Positions 1 to 13,021 of a stretch of DNA of 64,000 bases are shown here, piece after piece. The notes under the pieces were generated by a model. That model saw nothing but the letters and a program-made list of their open reading frames with translations. It searched no databases and had not been told where the DNA came from. Origin of the DNA: Leptogorgia sarmentosa (taxonomy: Eukaryota); the NCBI GenBank assembly GCA_964658305.1, contig OZ210885.1, positions 21,638,001-21,702,000 on the forward strand, in the 5' to 3' direction. Each line of letters opens with the position of its first letter. The stretch's first letter is position 1. Made by a program: the position numbers and the translations under genes.

Positions 1-371
1 GTTAACATTACCATCTTCCGACGCAGACGACTTCAAAACACCACTCACCCCAAATTGTGTCTTAACGATGAAACCGAAGATAGTGATGCCACCGCCAGGT
101 GAATTTCAACGCGCAGATCTTTATCTCCGCAAGCATTGGATACAGGTACAAGTGGAATCGTCCACAGCGAAATTTTAAAGTTGGAGACGTTGTTCTCGTC
201 GTGGATGAAAGAACTCCAAGAAATGTTTGGCCTTTAACACAAATCACTGAAGTGACGTCGGACTCGGTAGGTTTTATTCGCTCGGTAAAGGTTAAAACGA
301 TGTCATCCATTCTGGAACGTCCAATCTCGAAGTTAAGAAGGACCAGGAGAAATCCCCGTCGAAGAGCCTGA
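1..371 (+). pseudogene. 3' end of a BEL/Pao LTR retrotransposon pol (post-integrase DUF5641-type region), runs off the window start
   Basis: KWNRPQRNFKVGDVVLVVDERTPRNVWPL...IRSVKVKT...ERPISKL is the typical BEL/Pao C-terminal motif; followed by purine-rich GAGGAGCCAGA and TGT. Confidence 0.85.
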
Positions 372-423
372 ACTGAGTGTTGTCTTAAAAGAGTATGATC
401 CTCCAACTCTTTGAGGAGCCAGA

Positions 424-630
424 TGTTATTGCAATAATTACAATTGTGATGTAACTACATTAATTAGCATGTGCATATGCAATTAGCATATAATTAGGAA
501 TAGTATAAAAGAATTGTTGAAGGTTGTTTTTTTTAGAACGACAAACGAGAACGGTTTACCGGTATAACGGAGTGTATAGTTGCATACGTTTTTCTACTGT
601 CGAATGTAAGACGAGTAGGAATTTAAACTA
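424..630 (+). repeat. Probable 3' LTR of that BEL/Pao element
   Basis: Starts TGT directly after a polypurine-tract-like sequence; TATAAAA inside; 3' end approximate because the partner LTR is outside the window. Confidence 0.55.
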
Positions 631-1952
631 TAGAAAACCGGGTATCCGGTCAATTCGCCCCATTACGAATTCGCCCCCTACGAGTTCGCCCCATTCTTGC
701 ACAAGTTCGCCCCATTCTTGTACAAGTTCGCCCCATTCTTGCACAAGTTCGCCCCAAACAGCAAAACATCGTTTCGCCCCAATACAAAGTCGGTTCGCCC
801 CGTCAGTATTTTAGTGGGTGACCAGTCAAAACGGGCCTGCATCCAATAGTCAAAACGCATCCAATAGTCATACCTTTTTTTTGAGACACCCTGTATATTT
901 TGAAGCAGATGTCTTGAATATCATACATTATAGTTACTTAGCCATATTTCCGAGTCTAGCAATGAGTCATCGTAATATTATATACCATTATATAAAGTTT
1001 CAAAAACATAAATAGATCTATTGTCCAAGCGCATCTTTTGTCAGTTAATCCTGTTGTGACTGTTGTTTGCATTAATTGCCTTGAAACAAACAACATAAAC
1101 AGCTTGAAAAATTAACAGAAGAATAAAATCCAAATTGAATGGGCTATTTTAAGTAAGCGTGTCATCATTCCTCACATGATTGTCCATCACGCAGGAAATG
1201 CGAAACATCCTATAACTTGCATGTAGCAGCGTCATCATGTCGTCATGCAAGGCCGGTTGTTCGAAAGTCGGATAACTTTATCCGCTCAAAGTGATTTTAC
1301 TGTTGTAAAAATGTTCAAAAAGCCATAAGATAGATAGATTTTGAGAAAACACATTGCAGCTAAATACAGCTGGAATGTGTGTTACTTTACAACAATGAAA
1401 GTTATGAAAATAAGGTTCATCTAAAAGAGCATATAAAAAGGAATTACAAATATTTTAAAGTATATAAGTCATATAAAATATATTTACAAAGCTAAAACTT
1501 AATGAAGATTACGCACAAGAGAATTGTTTAATACAGGAAGCAATAAATGTTTTTAAAAATAAAAAAATTAAAAATCAAAATATGAAGACTACAGCGGTTA
1601 CACATAATTTCCAGATATAAACTTGCGATTGATAGGCAACTTCCATTCATCACCCAATCAAATACGCGTGTATGAGATATATTGCTAACCTACTATATTT
1701 TCGGGACAAAACATTTAAAAATATCAAAAACAAAACTTGAACAGAAGCATGTATGAGTCATCCGGATGTTATTGACTGTATCACAAGTTATTGTGATACA
1801 ATGATGATACCATGCCATTGTTCTTGCGCAGTCATTGTCATCAATGGCCAAACACAATCGTATAAAATGTGTTACAAGTATACAGTATCTTCACTCGAAC
1901 ATTCACCACCGCTGCGCTACAGTCAGAAGTTCTATTTGCCGTTTTACTGAAG

Positions 1953-4900
1953 ATGTCTGCCGAAGATAACTGCATTCGCTGCAAGGAGCCTGTAAGAGCT
2001 CGGCAACAGGGGCTGTTATGCGATTGCTGCAAAAGATGGCAACATCGGACCTGTAACAGTGGGATCTCGCTAATCGCGTATCGAACCGCTGTAAGATGCG
2101 GTGAAGAAATTGACTGGCGTTGCATAGACTGCCTTAATTTGAGTGCGGGATTCTTGTTGCCTGCCGCGGAGAGCACGAGACTGGTTGAAGATTGTGAGTA
2201 TTCTAATTCATATAGCTATACAGAAATAGTTGAAACAGCTTTCAATAAACACCCAGATGAGATCAAAACTGTTAATAACTTGATTACTTGCAGCCGGACA
2301 AGAAGTAGATGAAGATGAAGTAGATGAAGATTTGGTGATGATGTTGGTCGGCATGGCAGCCAGCAATTCCGAAACTGACGCACCTGGAGAAATGGACTGC
2401 GGCCCTCAAGGTATCAATTGCATTCACCAATCTTTTTTTCATTATTTCCCTTATATGATTATATGAAGTTATGTTAGTGCATGATAAGTTATGAGTATAT
2501 GAAGTTATGTTAGTGCATGATAAGTTATGTGAGTATATGGACCTTATATGAGTATATGAAGTTATGTTAGTGCATGATAAGTTACGTGAGTATATGGACC
2601 TTATATGAGTACGGTATATGAAGTTATGTTAGTGCATGATAAGTTATATGAGTATATGAAGTTATGTTAGTGCATGATAAGTTACGTGAGTATATGGACT
2701 TATATGAGTATATGAAGTTATGTTAGTGCATGATAAGTTATATGAGTATATGAAGTTATGTTAGTGCATGATAAGTTACGTGAGTATATGAAGTTATGTT
2801 AGTGCATGATAAGTTATATGAGTATATGAAGTTATGTTAGTGCATGATAAGTTATATGAGTATATGAAGTTATGTTAGTGCATGATAAGTTATATGAGTA
2901 TATGAAGTATATGAAGTTATGTTAGTGCATGATAAGTTACGTGAGTATATGGACCTTATATGAGTATATGAAGTTATGTTAGTGCATGATTAAGTTATAT
3001 GAGTATATGAAGTTATGTTAGTGCATGATAAGTTATGTGAGTATATGGACCTTATATGAGTATATGAAGTTATGTTAGTGCATGATAAGTTACGTGAGTA
3101 TATGGACCTTATATGAGTATATGAAGTTATGTTAGTGCATGATAAGTTACGTGAGTATATGAAGTTACGTTAGTGCATGATAAGTTACGTGATTATATGA
3201 AGTTATGTTAGTGCATGATAAGTTACGTGAGTATATGAAGTTATGTTAGTGCATGATAAGTTATGTGGGTATATGGACCTTATATGAGTATATGAAGTTA
3301 TGTTAGTGCATGATAAGTTATGTGAGTATATGGACCTTATATGAGTATATGAAGTTATGTTAGTGCATGATAAGTTACGTGAGTATATGAAGTTATGTTA
3401 GTGCATGATAAGTTACGTGATTATATGAAGTTATGTTAGTGCATGATAAGTTACGTGAGTATATGAAGTTATGTTAGTGCATGATAAGTTACATGAGTAT
3501 ATGGACTTATATGAGTATATGAAGTTATGTTAGTGCATGATAAGTTATATGAGTATATGAAGTTATGTTAGTATTTTTATATTGTACTTTGTACCTTATT
3601 GCACTTTTAGTTTCAACAAATGTGACTTTATTTTCATGTAAAAATACGAAGTTGATTTTGGCCAGGTATTCTATAATTTAATACTCCCAATAACATATGA
3701 TAGTAGGTAATGATGATGGAAGCATGCAGGACCTATTGCCAGAACTTGAAAGGATCCAGGGCGGAGTTAATGATAGTGAAGGCTCATACAGTGGGCGAGA
3801 GGATCTACGTTCTGATGGAGAAGCATCGATTGAAGAACCTGGCATCATGGACTGTACTGCGGATGAGAGTCAACCAACGATTAGTTTTTAGATTATCGAA
3901 GATTCATCAAAAAGGGGGAAAAGCAAGCTGACTGATAGCAGAGGCTACACGTACAATGTCAAAAGAAAACGTGTCAATGCTACAGACTGGCAATGTACTG
4001 TCAGACCTAAGGTAAATACAATTCAATTTCTTAAACAAAAAAACCTACATGGGGAAATGTATGGCATACTACATAAAGTTCCTGAGCGTTACATCCTACT
4101 GATCCTTATTTGCATTTTTCCTATCCTGTAGATTAACCCATGTAGAGCAATAGTGATTCGAAGGGAACTTTGATATTCGCACAGAGCATAACCATCCAGG
4201 GGATGTGGATGCAAGCAATGCTATAAAGATAATATCAAAAATTAAACAGGAAGCAATTGTCAACCAAGTGCTACTAAATGAAATGCCAGACGGTCCATGC
4301 CTAACCCTGCCTAACCCAGAAAATCTTGCTCGTGCAGCCAACTACCTAAGGAAAGAGCTGTGACCCACAGATCCAACCGACCTCTCCTTTGATTTGGAAC
4401 AAGAACATGTCCCAGATGGTTTCCTTCGCAAGGACATCAAGGTTAGTTCTCTTAATTACCTTTTCACTTTTTGAAAATTTAACAGGTGGAACATGTGTTT
4501 AAATGGACCACCTGCTACCTAGTACTATTCATTTTCCCCCTTTATTAAACATTTTTTCTATTTGCGTTAGGTACGTGATCGACGTCATCTCTTATTTGCC
4601 ACTGATGAGCAACTTGATGTCCTAAGTCGTGCCAAAAGTTGGTATGTGGATGGCACCTTCAAGCTCTGTCGCCATCCCTTCAGCCAGCTGCTCACCGTAA
4701 ATGCTTTCGTGAGGGCAGACGACCATGCAAAACAGGTCCCTTTGGCATTTGTGTTGATGTCGGGAAGAAAGAAGAAAGACTACAAGGCTATTTTTCAAGC
4801 AATACTGGAAGTCTTGCCGATCAGCCCATTAGTGAAAAGGATAACCCTTGACTTTGAAGTATATAGTTTCAGTATTTGTTATTTTGGGCAAGGTTCTAGG

Positions 4901-5571
4901 TTTTGGTTAGTTTCACCTTTAAAAATATTCCAAATTCAGTATTCATTGTTGTTCAATATTCGATTTACCATGGATAATAAATGGATCTTGGATCATGGAT
5001 AATAAATTCGTTTTACCATGGATCTTTTTAACTATCCACATGGTTCAACTATCCACACCATTCTTCATTTTAGATTCAAGCTCTTGGTCTGCAATCGTGG
5101 GACATACCGCTTTCTCAGAATGGTGATGACATTGCCTTTTTTGCCAGATAGTGAGATTATTCCAGTTTTCAACCGTCTCAAAGTGCAGGCTACAACCGAA
5201 CCTCTCCAGAAGTTTGTTGAATACGTTGAGATAACGTGGATCAACAGCTCTATATGGCCACCATCAAGTTGGAGTGTGTACCTCCAGGCGGTGAGGTCAA
5301 AGGATGGCACAACAGCCTTAACAGACGGGCACATGGAAAAGGGCAGCTACCACTCTACTTCCTGATCGAACTACTTCACCAGGAAGCAAGGCTGACATCA
5401 CTGCAGATACGGCTGGTCTCAGAAAGAAAATTAAAACGGATGCAGCGAAAAGTATATCGCACCATACAGGCAAGAATCTTCAACCTATGGGATGAGTATC
5501 ACAAAGGGAAGAGAAATGCATATCAGCTGCTGAAGGCATGCAAATACTTAAATGGACCATTAGTTCGGTAG
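1953..5571 (+). pseudogene. Multi-exon MULE transposase with N-terminal PHD finger and FLYWCH-like domain; stops and frameshifts
   Basis: CIRC...CDCCKRWQHRTC...WRCIDC (PHD); DSRGYTYN...WQC; WYVDGTFKLCRHPFSQLLTVNAF...VPLAFVLMSGRKKKDY...ITLDFE; GWHNSLN. Confidence 0.85.
2460..3572. repeat. Minisatellite of ~38-bp units (GAGTATATGAAGTTATGTTAGTGCATGATAAGTTAYRT) with optional ~18-bp subunits, in a MULE intron
   Basis: Directly visible tandem array. Confidence 0.95.
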
Positions 5572-8355
5572 ACGTTATAATATAGAATTTAATTGTACAG
5601 GTATATTCACTATTGTAGGAAAAAGTAGGAATTCCACTACCAAAAGTAGGAATTAAGTAGGATTAGTCTTGTATATATTTTGGAAATTATTATAAATATA
5701 ATTATAAATATATTATAAATATAATTGTATGAATAGACAGAGTTACAAAAAAGCTGCAGGTATCCGGGTACCACCTGCGAGGAAGGTTTAACTTCGTAGA
5801 CCTCACTCTACACTACGCAATGAACCAGCTGTTCAATGCTCCATACTAGTCAGTAGAAAATAAAAATAGGAAGCCCATTTTAAATGACACAATTGAGATA
5901 TTTTGCAGTCTGAGAATGACATAATCCACATTGTCTCGAGGAAGGTTGTAATATTTTACTAATTTGGAGATGCACTTGTAAAGTCCGTTCTGCTCATAAC
6001 AAAGGATTGCTGCAGATTTAAACATTTCGCATCTTTCGAACTTTTCTGACATAAAACTCTGCTTTATATTCATTTACGTGCATAACGGAGCATAACAAAC
6101 CAGAACACATAGATTACAGCTATATTATATCATATTTTATAAATGTGGCAGTTTGCAATGTAAACAAAGCTAAGAGTTTGTTTTAAATTACGGACTTAGA
6201 ACATCCTTAAATACTTTTATATCTAGCTAAGATATTAAATAAAATTTACATTAAAATGGGGTCGAACTTGTTTTTGATTGCGGGCGAACTTGTATTATAG
6301 ATTGGGGGCGAAATTGCATATATATTGGGGGCAAACTTGCGATGGGGCGAAAGCGCCGTAAATCGAAAACCGATATAAAGCAATTAAACCGAGCAAACGG
6401 CAGTAACACCAATGGTCGTTTTTGGATTAAACTGGATGGTACGGATGTTAAAGCAGCCATAATGGAGTCGCAAAAGAAGGTTTGGAATGGTGACGTAGAT
6501 TATGATGATGGAAAGATGAAGGAGGCTAAGGGATGAATATGTTGATATAAATGCAAAAATGGATCTTCTGAAAAGCCCTATTGTTGCACTCCCAAAGGTA
6601 AAAGAAATTCTGGAGAAAACTATATCTGATTTCAAGGTGGAGACTGAATTCCTTTTTAATGGCTTCAATAGTGCGAAGAAAAAGCAAAGCAACCCAATTG
6701 CCCTGAAGCTACCTTGAAAGAAAAAAACTGGGAAGTTGTTGAATATCAGACTCTGCTTCAACAGAGCGAAAAACTTGCACTTGACTTATTTCATCTTGAC
6801 TTATTTCATCTTCAGTGCAAGACACAGCCATCACAAAGCTGACAAGAAGTAGTTTAAAAACCCTTGCATCCTATCGCACACAGTACTTGACTAATCTGTA
6901 CAAGAAGAGGCGTACCAGCGCAACCCATGTTGTTGTAACCATGTTGTTGTAACCATGTTGTCGGATCAAAAGAGAACAACCAAACCTTATGCTCTTCCTG
7001 TTCGATTCATCCTATGCATTACACTGTCTTTCTTTTTATGATGCCAGAAATGAAGAAAAATTCACAAACGAGAAGCAAACACACTATTTGTCTTGCAGAA
7101 TAGCTATAGTAGTTAAAGCTTCGTTTATTTTCATGCAGCGAATAATGAGTTTTAGTTTTTTTTAACATTTGGCCATTTATTACAAATTTACGTACTAGCA
7201 TACTTGCGTGCAAAAATTGTACCGGTATACCGCGGTATTTTTAAAATACCGTAACCAGTATTCAATTAGATGTTAGCACAAGAATATCAGAACCTTCTGT
7301 TCCTTACGCTTATGTTACATCAAAGGTTCCGCTATGCTTACGTCGTAGTGAAAACCAGGCTTAACAAGACAATTGAGAGGTTGTAAGTGAGTATATGCAC
7401 TAGTTTTGTTTTACTACTAAGTGTGTAGTGCAAACTACCAGTGTAATTTTATCCTTTTGCATGATTTGTCACTCCAAATAGTAGATAAGTCATAGGGAGA
7501 AAAGGCTAATCAGAAACAAAGACAGTCACAGTACCGGGTATCAATTATGTTTTAATTGTATACAGGTACTGTAACGGATGGTGAATTCTGCTCATTGCGT
7601 ACAAGAGGTGAGACAAGACCATTGCATGTGTGGCAGCTTATACATGATGCCAGGGAACAAGCTAGGAGTATGTCAAAGAAGCAACTTGAAGGATGTCTTT
7701 TGGTACAATCAGGTATTAGAGGCCATTCAACTATTATGTCTGACTCATCAAATATCCCCCTGTTTTAATAACCTTTTCATCACCCCTTGTATGTATTTTA
7801 GGTTTTGAAACAACTACAGTAGTTACCAGTATGGTATTATGTCCAGTGTGCTGTTAAGCTAAAAGAAAGACCTGGCAATTGCATGCACTGATAATGCATC
7901 AATTGCTGAGGGTCACCCCTGCCACTCTAACACCACAATCATAATGGCATCACTTCGTTTATGTGTCCTTCTAACCTGTCTGCATCCAACTGAGTCCAAT
8001 AGTCACCAATAATCCAAGTAAATTGTGTTCCACTTCAAGCCATTGTTTTACTTGTATTAGTTCTAGATGATGGCACACTTGTTGTTTCAAATCCTGTTGC
8101 TGCCATACCTCTTGATCTTATTGAAGACATTCATAAGATGAGAACAGATCCAGGAATGCAATCCACCTTTACTGCGATAAAAATATGTTGTTGTCACGTG
8201 ACCAAATTTGCATTTTTTCGGACAACTTTCGCACTTCGCTATACAAATTATTTACAGGTGCGTGATATAGCCAAGCGAAAATATCGCGAAATAAAGGCGA
8301 TTTGGAAAGTTTTTTTGTATTTGTGGGTATAATTTATCTCCTGCAAGTGGAATAT

Positions 8356-11300
8356 ATGTCTGGTTGTATGAATAAGAAAAATAAGCGTGTTTCGGAGATG
8401 ACTGTTGCCGAACTAAAGGAGTATTTGAAAGTGTGTGGCGTTACTGCAAACGGCTATTTAAAGCCTGCTTTACTTCAGAGCGCTCAAGCAGTGGAGAAGA
8501 TGATGTTGCCGATTGACCCGAATCATGAATATGGTAATTCGGAGCTCAAGAGCGCAAAAGACACGTTTATTATTCATGATATGATAATACGTCAGCCATT
8601 GTCATATCCAGTCGTGGACGACTTCATAGATTTGCCTCCCTTTGGTTTATATGATATTTTTAACTATTTAATATACAGCTCAGCTGAGTATGATAAACAG
8701 GGACTTGCTTCATATAATCATTTGAAGATTATAGATTGTTTGACGAAGGCTATGTCGAGTCACTGGGAACCGCAACACTGAAGGAAGAGGGTATGCATCT
8801 GTTTGTTGGAAAGGTACGACCGGCTATGAAAGACTCGATGGACGATGGAAAAAAAATGTATGATGTCTGGTTTATGTTGGAAGGAAAAGGCAACAATCGA
8901 GGTAGCGTATTAATGGCTAGATGTACATGTAAAGGAGGGCAAGATGGAGGCTGCAAGCACATCGCAGCATGTTTGTATTCGCTGGAGGATGCATTGCATA
9001 ATCGCGAGAGTGTTACATCGGGTCCATCGTCCGTCAACAGCAAACCCTGTGTCTTTCCACTACGTGAAAAAATGTATCAATCGGAATCCTCACAAGAAAC
9101 TACAGCAGAGTCCAAACCTACCCAGACAATGAAAAATGGAGGTATATTATTGATTTCTGATTTACCCCTGAGACCCCTATCACAAAAATTATAATATCTA
9201 TTTTTTAGTTGCTAAAAGCATGAACACAACATCGAGGGATCATGGTATTCTGAAAGAAAAGCTTCTTGAATATCACAGAGAGCATGGCTTACACAAAATA
9301 ATTTCTGCCGAGCATCTTTTTGATAATATTTCATTAAACGATGAAGAAATTGAAAATGTTAGCACGCACACAGTTGAACAGTGGAAAACCAATGAATGGT
9401 ATATTCACAAAGCTGGTATTATTACTGCTTCAAAAGCAAAGAGAGTTTTCAATGCACAGCTTAAGTTGGAAAAAGCTTTAAAATGTAATGTTTTAAGTCT
9501 TGTAAAAGATATCACCTCTCCAAAATGCACATTTAGACCTTCCCCAAAGGTTTCATGTAGCCCGCAGAATCCAAGAGAATGGGGTTTAGTTCATGAAGAT
9601 TCAGCGAAAGATTCTTATTACAGGGTTGAGAGTAAGAAGCACTATAAACTCAGTCTTCTTTCTAAAGGACTTCATATTTGTAAGGAAAAGCCAATGATAG
9701 GTGCAAGTGTGGACAATATACGTACATGCTAGTGCAATGCTGATTGTCAAGATGTTGTTGTAGAATACAAATGTCCTTGGAAATATAGAGATCAGCCTCC
9801 CAAAGAAGCTTTCCTAACCCGAGAGATTGGTGGCACTGTTACTGAAAGAAATCATGTATTAAAAAAGACTGCACCCTATTATCACCAAGTACAGATTCAA
9901 ATGTTTGTCACTGGGCTTAACTTTTGTGACTTTGTGGTGTGGACAAACCAAGGCAATTTTTGTGGCATCAATACCATTTGATAAAGAATTTATGGCTTCT
10001 TTGTGCAACAAGATTGAAAGCTTTTGGTATGGACAAGTTTTTCCTGCATTGGTGTATGAGTTGACAAATCCTGATTCTGTACCCAAAAAAGCTGCTGGTA
10101 AGTGCTTTTGAAAAGTAAACCAACCCTCTAGATATAGTTATGTGTAATTCAATTGCCATCAATGTTGTTTATTTTGTCTTTAAATATTATATTTTAGTAC
10201 ATTTGGATGTTTCAAAAGATGAGTCTGTCACATTACCAAAAAGTGCAACCAAAGAACTGCGGAGCATAAATGTCATGAATATTGACATTTATGAGACCTG
10301 CATACGGAAATTGGAACCAAAGCAAATGATTAATGATAACATTATTAGCATGCTGTTAAAGTAAGTGCTACTTTTGCAAAAAAGTAGGTAATTGCAAAAA
10401 AGTAGGTATACTAAGTGTGGGAATATTTTGTATTGCAGGGATTTCAAGGATTGCCAAATTCCATTTGTGAGCACATATTTTTATACTGCTCTATGTGGAG
10501 AACAAGGTTCCAGTACATTGAGGTAACTCAAATTTATTATCTACGAAACTACCGGTACATGTATATCACAATGAAAGACAATGTTAGAAGCATTTAAGCT
10601 TTTTATTGATTTTGATGCACTGTAAATAACATTAACTGGTGCAGTTTGCATCAATCTAAAATTACAAAATACGGTTGTAGGCTTGCAGCCTCTGTTTCTT
10701 AAAGAATCAGGTAACATGTTTTGAAATCTGTTTTGATTATTTAAACTCTTACCATTATAGGCGGTCATGCTATGATAATGCAGAAGTGTTCTTTAAGCCA
10801 GAGCTATGGACACATGATTTTTGTATCTGTGTGACGTAGTGACGCAGATATATTGCTATCGTGTTGTTAGCTGTTAGCTATTAGTTGTTAGCTGTTAACT
10901 TGCAGCCAATCAGCGAATTCGTTAGTTAAATTTAGCCAATAGGGGACAACGTAACATTGAGATGACGTAATTCTCACTGAGCCCACCCGCAAATTTAAGG
11001 GAACCAACGTGAAGGTGTGCAAAGCAGTTCTTGCGGGCTAAATATTACAAAATGGCAGCTGATATAGGCGCGAGCTAAAGAGTGGTGATGTGTTTGATCG
11101 TGGATTTTGTTTCGCATGAAATATATAAAAACAAAATATAATGTTCGCAGCGACGAGTGACTTCAGTGAAATAGAGGTTAATTTATGAGCGTTTACGCCG
11201 TTTAGAACACTATTTATACTAAGGAAATTTATACGCAAAAATATCATGACGCAAATTGCAGACATTGGCATTGCTTTTAAAGATATTAATTAAAGAGGTT

Positions 11301-12950
11301 CGCGTTTGCTATGCAATTTAGATCATCAAAGCAAAAATATCATGACGCATTTTATACAATTGAACACAGCGAATATTTAAGGTTATGAAAGAATTTAATG
11401 TCTTGACACAATAGCGCGTATATTTTCCCTACGATACTTTAGCGCAATACTTTAGTGTGTCGGTACTGTCGCACTCACACACTGTACATGTTTGGACTGC
11501 CCGCTGTGTCATTGTGATCACGGAATATCTACTATATTTTGACGCTTCGCCATACGGAATGGTTGAAACATTCAATCCCAGGAAAATAGATTTTGTAGCT
11601 TGTAATAAAACGGGTTTGTGCGTTTATTAAGCGCGAGACAAAACAAACGAAATCATATATAGTTTCAAGTATTCTGTTTTGAACCTACGCTCAATGCGCA
11701 TACCGATCATACATACACTTTAGCGTCTACGCAAATGCGCAGACGTCTATTTTAAAGACGCAATAACATAAAATGTGATATCATATGTCGTCAAGTTTCA
11801 AATCCTTATGCAATTTGATATATGATCGCAGGAATTCCGGAATGCGAGAGTCATGAAAGCTTATATCAAGTATTGAATATGTCTCCACACAACCTCACAT
11901 CTTGAAAGGAAGTAGTATTTGCACTATTCGCCTATTCCCTAGCAATAAACCATTTTATACATGCAAGATCGCGTATTAGGGACAGATAAGATGCGTGTAT
12001 CGAAAAGCTGAAAACAAATAAGACTTGATCATCAAGCTACATAGGCGCAGATACATGTACACTTTGTGTACCTATTTTTTATTCATACCAATAAACAGAA
12101 GGTAATATAAATTAAATACTGGTAATGTATGTGTACCAACAATGAAGACCTTCCCTTTCGCTATTAATTTTGCAACAAGGTACACATTGGTTGAATTATA
12201 TTATTTTTGTTTCAGTCTCCATTGGCTATCATCACTCCATGGTAGGAACCAAAAGTTTTAAACAAATGCCTTAAAAATTTCATGCCCAACTTTACATTAA
12301 AAATGTAAGAAAAAAATGACTTTTTGTAGGCATGTCCTCATAATGGATTCCTTAACTTGGGATATTCAAAATAGGAGAAAGGAGTTTAGTCTCCTTTTCA
12401 GGTAAGATGCATTTGTATTATCGTGTATTTAGACATTTGTACTAAATTGTGTTTTGTTACTAAGTTATTTCACAATTTCTTATAGATTCTTTGAGCATTT
12501 GTGCAATAAATACTCTCTGCCAAGGAAACACTTAAAGCTTTCAAATGCAGTTCTAAAAGTAACTATTTTTTCTGATATTATGTACTTATTAATTCTAAAA
12601 TTTCTTTTAAAGCTGATGTAGCTCAATGATGATGTTTTCTTAATATCAGGTACCTCAACAAGCGGTTTCAAGCAATAACTGTGGTTTTCATCTTGTCCTG
12701 TTTGTTGAATATTTTCTGAAGGTATGGCACTGATAATTTGAAAAGAACTATATCACATTTGTATATTAGGTTGGTTTTTATTGTAAATTCTAAATTCTGC
12801 TAGTAAATTGTCCTAATTTCTTCATTAGGATTTGGAATTTTACCATGTGAAAAGAGAGCAGTACTGTAATCAGGTGCACAAATGGTTCGATATTGAAAAG
12901 GCTGAAGAAAAAAAGAACACAAACAAGAGAGTTCTTGAATGATTTAATGA
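8356..12950 (+). pseudogene. SAP-like + SWIM + YqaJ/lambda-exonuclease + Ulp1/SENP-like (C48) protease; multi-exon, degraded
   Basis: MTVAELKEYLKVCGV (SAP-like); CTCKGGQDGGCKHIAA (SWIM); EWYIHKAGIITAS, WGLVHE, IGASVD, VEYKCP, YYHQVQ (YqaJ); LEPKQMINDNII, LHW (~12217), DSL, VPQQAVSSNNCGFHL (~12650) (protease). Confidence 0.75.
10818..12080 (+). mobile_element. Non-autonomous Helentron/Helitron2-type element (HINE/DINE-like), copy 1
   Basis: T-run flanks; subterminal inverted repeat TGTATCTG/CAGATACA; GTTAGCT microsatellite near the 5' end; 3' hairpin GTACAC-TTT-GTGTAC; diverged inverted copy at 21705-23003. Confidence 0.7.
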
Positions 12951-13021
12951 ATGAAAAGTATTCAAAGTAACTTGATAGACTCGATTCATTAATACTGACA
13001 GCAACAGAAAAAATTCAAAGT

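Larger units (their letters stand above)
641..6364 (+). mobile_element. Mutator-like (MULE) DNA transposon
   Basis: 8-bp TSD GAAAACCG (633-640 and 6365-6372); subterminal TTCGCCCC arrays at left (~655-800) and inverted GGGGCGAA arrays at right (~6257-6352); MULE transposase inside. Confidence 0.85.

Noticed and set aside
2460..3572. CRISPR-like periodic array
   Set aside because: No unique spacers and no cas genes; eukaryotic intron minisatellite
5755..5830. Possible tRNA- or SINE-like sequence on the minus strand
   Set aside because: No convincing cloverleaf or B-box
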